The notes under the pieces were generated by a model that worked only from the letters and a program-made list of their open reading frames with translations, was not told the DNA's origin and did no database searches. The position numbers were made by a program, and so were the translations under genes. A stretch of 64,000 nt of DNA from Capsulimonadaceae bacterium (lineage in GTDB: Bacteria > Armatimonadota > Armatimonadia > Armatimonadales > Capsulimonadaceae), in assembly GCA_965215505.1 (NCBI GenBank), contig OZ244065.1:1376001-1440000 (forward strand), in the 5' to 3' direction. Below, one piece after another: positions 57,814-64,000 of the stretch; positions within the stretch are counted from its first letter, which is position 1, and each line of letters starts with the position of its first letter.

Positions 57814-58056
57814 TCATGGGTCTAGGCGACGGCGAACTCCGTGTGCCGCCGCATCTCCTCCGACTTGAAGCCGAGGACGTGCCAGATAGTCCACGAGTTC
57901 CGACTGCATCCGCTCAAGTTCTGCGCGGTAACCGCTCGCCATCATCCGAAACTCTTCCGGCGCTGCCGTCGCGCACAATTGCCCTAGTAGGCGCTCGAAA
58001 TAAGTAATCCGTTCCTGGATCGCGATCAACTCCTGCTCACTCGTGATCCCATTCAA
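57814..58056 (-). CDS. Small helical hypothetical protein (80 aa)
   Basis: TTG start overlapping the glcD stop (TTGA); ITSEQELIAIQERI...GYRAELERMQSELVDYL. Confidence 0.5.
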   Translation of the reverse strand: MNGITSEQELIAIQERITYFERLLGQLCATAAPEEFRMMASGYRAELERMQSELVDYLARPRLQVGGDAAAHGVRRRLDP

Positions 58057-59477
58057 ACCGCCACCGCGCCAGTGCGGGGCTGGATGTCGTAGGCGCAGCC
58101 GTGCGAGGTGGGGAGGACCTTGCCGGGGTTGCACAGGCCCGTCGGGTTGAAGACGGCCCGGACCTCCTCCATCGTCTTGAGAGTCTCAGGCGGGAACAGC
58201 AGGGGCATGTGGTCGCGCTTCTCAACGCCGATGCCGTGCTCGCCGGTCAGGGTGCCGCCCACCCCGACGCACAGTTCCAGAATCTCGTGCGAGGCGGCTA
58301 AAACACGCTTCACTTCGTCGGGGTTGCGCTCGTCGAACAGGGTGGCGGGGTGCAGGTTGCCGTCGCCTGCGTGGAAGACATTGGCGATACGCAGGTCGTA
58401 CTTGACCCCGATGGCGGCGATGGCGCGCAGGACGGTGGGCAGCTTGGAGCGCGGGATGACGCAGTCCTGGGTGACGCACGAGGGCGCCAGCCGGCCCAGG
58501 GTGCCGACGGCCTTCTTGCGGGCGGCCCACAGGTTCGCCCGGTCCTTGGGCGTGTGCGCTTGCCGGACCTCGCGGGCGGCGTTCGCCCCGCACAGGGCGC
58601 GGACGCGGTCCGCCTGCGCCTCCAGCCCCGCCTCCAGGCCGTCCAGCTCGATGATCAGAATGGCCCCGGCGTCGCGCGGGAAGCCGAAGTGGAAGGCGTC
58701 CTCGACCGTCTGCAAGATGACGGCGTCCATCATCTCCAGAGCGGCGGGGACGATGCCGCCCGCGATGATGTCCGAGACGGTCTGCGTGGCATCGTCCACC
58801 GAATCGAAGACGGCCAGCAGGGTCCGCACGGCCTGGGGCGCGCGGGTCAGGCGGACGGTCGCTTCGGTCACGACACCGAATGTCCCTTCCGAGCCGAGGG
58901 CTAGTCCGAGCAGATCGTAGCCGTTCACGTCCTCGGTTTTATCCCCCAATGTCACGACCTCGCCGTCCGGCAGGACCATCTCGACGGCCAGAACATGGTT
59001 GGCGGTGACGCCGTATTTGAGCGTGTGCGGTCCGCCCGCGTTGTTGGCGATGTTGCCGCCCAGCGTGCTTGCCCCCTGCGAAGATGGGTCGGGCGCGTAC
59101 AAATAGCCCTCAGCGGCGACCGCCTTGGTCAAGGCGATGTTGACCGCCCCGGCCTGGGCGGTCAGCCTTCGGTTCCGCAGATCAATGTCCAGAATCCGGT
59201 TCATGCGGGCTACCCCGATGAGGACGCCGCCGGGGCACAATGTCCCGCCTGCCAAGCCGGTCCCAGCCCCGCGCGGCGCAAAGGGGATGCTATGTCGGGC
59301 GCACACCTTGACGACGGCCGCGACCTGGGCCGTCGTGCGCGGCAGTACGGTCGCGAGCGGCGCGGCCTTTTCGAGTGGGTAGGCGTCGTTCTCGTAGACG
59401 GCCCGCTCGCCCTTCTCGGCCAGCACGCCGTCGTCGCCGATGATCTGTTTCAGTTCGCTGATCATGTTATTGGTCAT
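58053..59477 (-). CDS. glcD: FAD-linked oxidase, glycolate oxidase subunit GlcD-like
   Basis: [57 protein letters not shown]. Confidence 0.85.
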   Translation of the reverse strand: MTNNMISELKQIIGDDGVLAEKGERAVYENDAYPLEKAAPLATVLPRTTAQVAAVVKVCARHSIPFAPRGAGTGLAGGTLCPGGVLIGVARMNRILDIDLRNRRLTAQAGAVNIALTKAVAAEGYLYAPDPSSQGASTLGGNIANNAGGPHTLKYGVTANHVLAVEMVLPDGEVVTLGDKTEDVNGYDLLGLALGSEGTFGVVTEATVRLTRAPQAVRTLLAVFDSVDDATQTVSDIIAGGIVPAALEMMDAVILQTVEDAFHFGFPRDAGAILIIELDGLEAGLEAQADRVRALCGANAAREVRQAHTPKDRANLWAARKKAVGTLGRLAPSCVTQDCVIPRSKLPTVLRAIAAIGVKYDLRIANVFHAGDGNLHPATLFDERNPDEVKRVLAASHEILELCVGVGGTLTGEHGIGVEKRDHMPLLFPPETLKTMEEVRAVFNPTGLCNPGKVLPTSHGCAYDIQPRTGAVAV

Positions 59478-59779
59478 GGTGTCTCTTCCGGCGGGGCGGC
59501 GGGGAAGCTGACGCGGCGGGCGGGGCGCTTGGCGGTGGGCGGCGTCTCGCGCAGGCCGCTCTGCGACCGCTTCAAGCGGACGCGGGCGTAGAGGTAGCCT
59601 GCCGTCAGGAGGGCGAGCAGCAGGAGCATGCCCTCGTTCCGGCCCGGGGGCAGCCCGCCCCCGCGCAGGTGCCACAGCGCCAGCCCACCCGCCACCAGCA
59701 CGGCGGTCGCCATGCGGAGCGACGTGCGCCGGTGCGCCTTGCCGTTCGTCGTCTCTGCCTGAAATACGCGGCGGTCCAT
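59474..59779 (-). CDS. Small two-TM hypothetical protein
   Basis: SD GGAGG; two hydrophobic helices; ATGA overlap with glcD. Confidence 0.55.
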   Translation of the reverse strand: MDRRVFQAETTNGKAHRRTSLRMATAVLVAGGLALWHLRGGGLPPGRNEGMLLLLALLTAGYLYARVRLKRSQSGLRETPPTAKRPARRVSFPAAPPEETP

Positions 59780-59848
59780 AGCCCACACCTCCGGCCTATT
59801 GTACCCCGCCGGGGCGGGTTCGGGTTCCGGTTGGGGTATCCTCTCTTC

Positions 59849-61168
59849 ATGTCATCCGCCGTCACGCCTCAGGGCACCCTGTCTTTCGCCTCACTCGGCC
59901 TGCGCGCCGAACTCCTGCGCGCCCTCGCGGACTCGGGCTACGAAATTCCTACCCCCGTGCAGGCCCAGGCCATCCCGCCCATCCTGCTAGGGCGCGACGT
60001 GCTGGCCGGGGCGCAGACCGGTACCGGCAAGACGGCGGCCTTCACGCTCCCGCTCTTGCAGCGCCTCCTGGCCTCCCCGTCGCAGTCGGCGGCCTCGCGG
60101 CGGCCCGTGCGCGCCCTCGTCCTGACGCCGACGCGCGAGCTGGCCGCGCAGGTGGAGGAGAGCATCCGCGTCTACGGGCAGCACCTCCCCCTGAAGTCCA
60201 CCGTGGTCTTCGGCGGCGTCAACATCAACCCGCAGATAGAAGCATTGCGGTCGGGGGTGGACATCCTGGTCGCCACGCCGGGCCGCCTGCTGGACCACCT
60301 GGGGCAGAAGACGCTCGACCTGAGCCGCGTGGAGATCTTCGTGCTGGACGAGGCCGACCGGATGCTGGACATGGGGTTCATCCGCGACATCCGGCGCGTC
60401 CTCGCGCTCCTGCCGGCCCGCCGCCAGAACCTGCTGTTCTCGGCGACCTTTACCGACGAGATCCGGACGCTGGCCGACGGCTTCCTGCATTCGCCCGTGG
60501 GGGTGGACGTTGCCCGGCGCAATGCCGAGAGCGAGCTGGTGCGCCAATCCGTCTACCTCGCCGAGAAGGAGGACAAGCGCGCCCTGCTTGTCTATCTTCT
60601 GGCGGGCGGGGGCGGGGGTGAGAGGATCGAACAGGCCTTGGTGTTTACGCGCACCAAGTACGGCGCGGACAAGCTGGCAAAAAATCTGGGCAAGGACGGC
60701 GTCTCCGCCGCCCCCATCCACGGCGACCGCAGCCAGCCGCAGCGCACGCGCGCGCTGGCCGACTTCAAATCGGGGGCCGTGCGCGTCCTGGTGGCGACCG
60801 ACATCGCCGCGCGCGGCCTGGACATCGAACAGCTCCCGCATGTCATCAACTTCGAGCTGCCCGCGGTCCCGGAGGACTACGTCCACCGCATCGGGCGCAC
60901 GGGCCGCGCGGGCAGCACAGGCGACGCCTTTTCCCTGGTCAGCACGGAAGAACTGCCCAACCTCGCCGCCATCGAAAAGCTGCAAGGCAAAAAGATCGTC
61001 CGCCGCGAGACGCCCGGCTTCGTCCCCCCACCCCGCGTGCCGGTGGAGGCTCAGGGCGTGGCAGGAAGCGCGGCTGGCAGATCCGCCCCGGCTCCTCGGC
61101 CCGCTCCACCCAGCGCGCGCCCCGCCCCGCCCGCTGGCCTCCGGTTCAGGCCGCGCGGCAGGGGCTGA
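59849..61168 (+). CDS. rhlE: DEAD-box RNA helicase (RhlE-like)
   Basis: Q motif, [34 protein letters not shown]. Confidence 0.9.
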   Translation: MSSAVTPQGTLSFASLGLRAELLRALADSGYEIPTPVQAQAIPPILLGRDVLAGAQTGTGKTAAFTLPLLQRLLASPSQSAASRRPVRALVLTPTRELAAQVEESIRVYGQHLPLKSTVVFGGVNINPQIEALRSGVDILVATPGRLLDHLGQKTLDLSRVEIFVLDEADRMLDMGFIRDIRRVLALLPARRQNLLFSATFTDEIRTLADGFLHSPVGVDVARRNAESELVRQSVYLAEKEDKRALLVYLLAGGGGGERIEQALVFTRTKYGADKLAKNLGKDGVSAAPIHGDRSQPQRTRALADFKSGAVRVLVATDIAARGLDIEQLPHVINFELPAVPEDYVHRIGRTGRAGSTGDAFSLVSTEELPNLAAIEKLQGKKIVRRETPGFVPPPRVPVEAQGVAGSAAGRSAPAPRPAPPSARPAPPAGLRFRPRGRG

Positions 61169-61178
61169 ACGCCACCCT

Positions 61179-61427
61179 TTAGGCGGCGACAGCCACCCGA
61201 GTTTCCAACGTCTCGATCTCGCGCGTCTCGCGAACCTCGAAGGCCGTCACGTCCGGCACGTCCCGGCCCTGTTCGCGCTTGTAGTCGAAGAGGTCAAACA
61301 GGGCGTCCCGGAAGTTCTGAATGGCTTCTTCGCGCGTGTCGCCGGTCGCGATCACAGCATCCTCCAGGTCCGGGGCGTAAGCTCCCCAATTCTCCTGGGC
61401 TTTTTCCACAACCACTGTGAGTGTCAT
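61179..61427 (-). CDS. hicB: HicB family antitoxin (short form)
   Basis: WGAYAPDL..ATGDTREEAIQN..DAL. Confidence 0.85.
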   Translation of the reverse strand: MTLTVVVEKAQENWGAYAPDLEDAVIATGDTREEAIQNFRDALFDLFDYKREQGRDVPDVTAFEVRETREIETLETRVAVAA

Positions 61428-61621
61428 CGTAGCGGTAACCCCGACTTTCTGCGGATGTCTTGGAGCTGTCCCGGCGATACATCCTTGCTGTCTTCACCGG
61501 AAACAGAAATCTCGTTCGCAACGCCTGCCTTTTTGTAGATGCGGTGGCTGCTGCGGCCACCTCGTCGGACGAAGACCCACCCGTCGTCTTCGAGCTGTCT
61601 CACGACTGCTTTCACCTTCAT
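61424..61621 (-). CDS. hicA: HicA family toxin
   Basis: LEDDGW..R..SSHRIYK..DVSPGQLQDI; ATGA overlap with hicB. Confidence 0.85.
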   Translation of the reverse strand: MKVKAVVRQLEDDGWVFVRRGGRSSHRIYKKAGVANEISVSGEDSKDVSPGQLQDIRRKSGLPLR

Positions 61622-61719
61622 TCCTTGACTGCTCTCTGCTCGGCCTCCGAGCCGGTCTGTTCCGTGATTATTCTAGCAGACGGGAACAGCAAAGTCAACG
61701 CTGCGTCACCTCGAACACG

Positions 61720-61754
61720 AAACCGCCCCCACGCTCTCAGCGCGGGGGCGGTTT
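61720..61754 (-). terminator. Probable terminator hairpin
   Basis: AAACCGCCCCC..GGGGGCGGTTT downstream of the 61774 gene. Confidence 0.6.
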
Positions 61755-61773
61755 GACTTCAGCCGCGTCGGCC

Positions 61774-62412
61774 CTAGTAGGGGTTGACGATCTGCGTCCG
61801 CAGCGTCAGCGGGCGGGTCAGCTTGATGGAGATCTCGTCGCCGCGCTTCAGCGACACGTCGCTGGCGGACTTCTTCTGGAGCTGGTTCGCCCCGTAGCCG
61901 GCCGCGCCGCCCAGCACCGCGCCGCCGATGGCGTCCCCGAGCTTGCGCTTGCGGGAGAAGCCGAGCAGGGCACCCGCCGCCGCGCCGATGCTGCCATACT
62001 GCGACTTGTCGGAGGTGGGCTTGGTGCCGACGAGCTGCGCGGTGGCGACGCCGGCGGACGCCGTATTATAGGCATAGGCGCTGCCGCTGCCCGAACCGAA
62101 GTTCACGCGCAGGACGCCCGCCGCTTTGGGGTTGGCGGGGTGGACGGAAGCCACCCGGCCATTGAAAATGGCCCCGGTGGGGATGCCGCTGTTGTCATCC
62201 CCGGCCACCTGGACGCGGACGCGGTCGCCCGTCTGAGCGTCGGCGGAGCTGAGGTCCTGGAGCAGCTTGACCTTGACGGTGGTGCCCGCCGCGATCTGGT
62301 GCTGGGGCGACTGGAACTCGATCCCGCTGTCTGAGGACTGCGCCAGGGCGGGCATGATCATGCTCCCGGCAAGGAGGCCCGCCAGGATGGTTTGTGATGT
62401 GGTTCTCTTCAT
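61774..62412 (-). CDS. Secreted glycine-zipper-containing hypothetical protein
   Basis: Signal peptide ALA-Q; beta domain IAAGTTVKVKL..LSS; GAAAGALLG..AIGGAVLGGAAG zipper. Confidence 0.72.
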   Translation of the reverse strand: MKRTTSQTILAGLLAGSMIMPALAQSSDSGIEFQSPQHQIAAGTTVKVKLLQDLSSADAQTGDRVRVQVAGDDNSGIPTGAIFNGRVASVHPANPKAAGVLRVNFGSGSGSAYAYNTASAGVATAQLVGTKPTSDKSQYGSIGAAAGALLGFSRKRKLGDAIGGAVLGGAAGYGANQLQKKSASDVSLKRGDEISIKLTRPLTLRTQIVNPY

Positions 62413-62550
62413 GGTTTGTTTGTCTCCGACTGTCAAGCGCCGCCCGTGCGGCGTCCCGTTCTTACGGTACATGACGATGGGCGGGGCAAAAATGTTCGCC
62501 GCCATGTTCGTCCCATGGTTTGATATACCCATTCAGCCGCCCAAATCCTC

Positions 62551-63885
62551 TCAGCCCCGGCCCTCTACACGCATCCGCATCCCATGTCTGGGCCGCAGGG
62601 TGACGATGGGCTGGGTCGCGACCACTTGATCCGGCGCGAGGCGGAGTCGCCACGACTGGCCGAGAGTCGCCAGAAGTAACACGCCCTCCATCCAGGCGAA
62701 CTGCTCGCCGATGCAGACGCGCGGGCCGCCGCCGAAGGGGTAAAAGGCGAACTTGGGGCGGATGGCCTCCGCTTCCGGCGTCCAGCGGTCCGGGTCGAAC
62801 CGCTCCGCGTCGGGCCAGAAGCGCGGGTCGCGGTGGGTCACGGCCTGGCACGGCAGGACGATGGTCCCGGCGGCGAGCGTGTAGCCGCCTATGGCGTAGT
62901 CCGTCAGCAGGCGGCGGCCGATGATCCAGGCGGGCGGGTAGAGGCGGAGCGACTCGGAGAAGACACGGCGGGTGTAGGGCAGGCGCGGCAGGTCGCCCTC
63001 CGTGGGCGTCCGCCCGGCCAGGACGGCATCAAGTTCGGCGTGGAAGCGCGCCTCGACATCCGGGTGCTGGGAAAGCAGATACCAGGTCCAGGTCATCGCG
63101 TTGGCCGTGGTCTCGTGGCCGGCCAGGAACAGGGTCAGGGCCTCGTCGCGCACCTGCTCGTCCGACATGCGGCCGCCGTCTTCCTCGTCGCGCGCCGCCA
63201 GCAGCATGGAGAGCAGGTCGCCCCGGTCCTCCCCGCCCGCCCGGTGCCGGGCGATCAGGCGGTAGATCGTCGCGTCCAGCCGGGCGCGGGCCGACCGGAA
63301 CCTTCGGACGGCGGGCAGGGGCAGGCGCTCCAGGAGATTCGAAAAGGGCAATTGGAGCAGGTGGAACAGGCCGATGACTTCGCCGAGCGCGCCGTCGATC
63401 TCCGCCGCCTCGGCCTCCACCTCGGCCCCGAAGAGCGTCTTGCCGACGATGGCGAGCGTCAGGCGCATCATCTCGGCGTGGACATCCAGCGTCTCGCCGT
63501 CCCGCCATCGCTCGCGGGTCTGGACGGCATAGCGGGTCATGGCCTCGGCGTAGGCCGCGACCCGCTGCCGGTGGAACGCGGGCTGCATCAGCCGCCGCTG
63601 GCGCAGGTGGAAGCCGCCCTCGCTGGTCAGCAGCCCTTCCCCGAGGAGCCGCTTGATCTGTTCCAGCCCGCGCCCCTTCTTGAACTGCTTCGGATGCGTC
63701 ACCAGCACGTCCCGGATCAAGTCAGGGTGGTTAATCAGGTAGACGGGGTGCCGGCTGAGGGGGATGCGGACGACGTCCCCGTACTCGGACGCCGCCCGGC
63801 GTAGGCAGGCAATCGGGTCGCGCCGGAACTGGAGGAGGGCCTGGCCGGGGAACCGCTGCGGGAAGACGGGAGGCTGTGAGTCCAT
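62551..63885 (-). CDS. Cytochrome P450
   Basis: AGHETT, ESLRLYPP (ExxR), FDPDRW, FGGGPRVCIG heme motif. Confidence 0.96.
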   Translation of the reverse strand: MDSQPPVFPQRFPGQALLQFRRDPIACLRRAASEYGDVVRIPLSRHPVYLINHPDLIRDVLVTHPKQFKKGRGLEQIKRLLGEGLLTSEGGFHLRQRRLMQPAFHRQRVAAYAEAMTRYAVQTRERWRDGETLDVHAEMMRLTLAIVGKTLFGAEVEAEAAEIDGALGEVIGLFHLLQLPFSNLLERLPLPAVRRFRSARARLDATIYRLIARHRAGGEDRGDLLSMLLAARDEEDGGRMSDEQVRDEALTLFLAGHETTANAMTWTWYLLSQHPDVEARFHAELDAVLAGRTPTEGDLPRLPYTRRVFSESLRLYPPAWIIGRRLLTDYAIGGYTLAAGTIVLPCQAVTHRDPRFWPDAERFDPDRWTPEAEAIRPKFAFYPFGGGPRVCIGEQFAWMEGVLLLATLGQSWRLRLAPDQVVATQPIVTLRPRHGMRMRVEGRG

Positions 63886-63926
63886 GGGAGGAGTATACCA
63901 GAGGCGGTAAAGTGGCAACAGGAGCC

Positions 63927-63970
63927 GTAGGGGCGAACGCAAAAAGGGCGAACACAAGGTTCGCCCCTAC
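63927..63970. repeat. GTAG-type REP-like element
   Basis: GTAGGGGCGAAC...AGGGCGAACACAAGGTTCGCCCCTAC. Confidence 0.72.
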
Positions 63971-64000
63971 GGCCTATCCACCCTTTACGCCGCCCCCGCC

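Noticed and set aside
1-64000. tRNA, rRNA, CRISPR arrays, prophage, integrase or transposase genes
   Set aside because: None recognised in the intergenic regions or ORF translations; small RNAs could still have been missed without a covariance search.

Overview
A high-GC bacterial chromosomal segment with about 57 CDS. It is probably from Armatimonadota or a similar lineage; this is an inference from the [15 protein letters not shown]9-DG prepilin-like proteins, STN-domain secreted proteins and truncated secretin-like proteins. Housekeeping and metabolic genes include upp, a Glu/Leu/Phe/Val dehydrogenase, a MetE C-terminal-like protein, a uridine kinase-like protein, an NDP-sugar nucleotidyltransferase/phosphomutase fusion, a GH57 branching enzyme, PPK2, glcD, an RhlE-like helicase and a P450. 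A large glycan region runs from about 29 to 58 kb: LacI-pilin-GH144, a LacI-controlled rhamnogalacturonan cluster (CE12x2, GH2, GH106, PL4, GH2), and a convergent catabolic operon, divergent from a GntR/LacI-hybrid regulator, led by a 1217-aa protein of unknown function. There are two TA pairs (VapBC, HicAB). No rRNA, tRNA, CRISPR array, transposase or integrase was recognised. The most unusual observations are: (1) a stand-alone tandem pair of miniature secretin-like genes, one with reversed domain order; (2) pilin-like genes inside uptake/catabolic operons that have no pilus machinery; (3) two structurally identical but sequence-divergent four-hairpin palindromic elements flanking upp; (4) a ~157-bp direct repeat of the gdh promoter and 5' end bracketing the MetE-like gene; (5) apparently leaderless genes, and a shared LacI operator design. 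All family calls come from motif recognition by eye, not from database searches.
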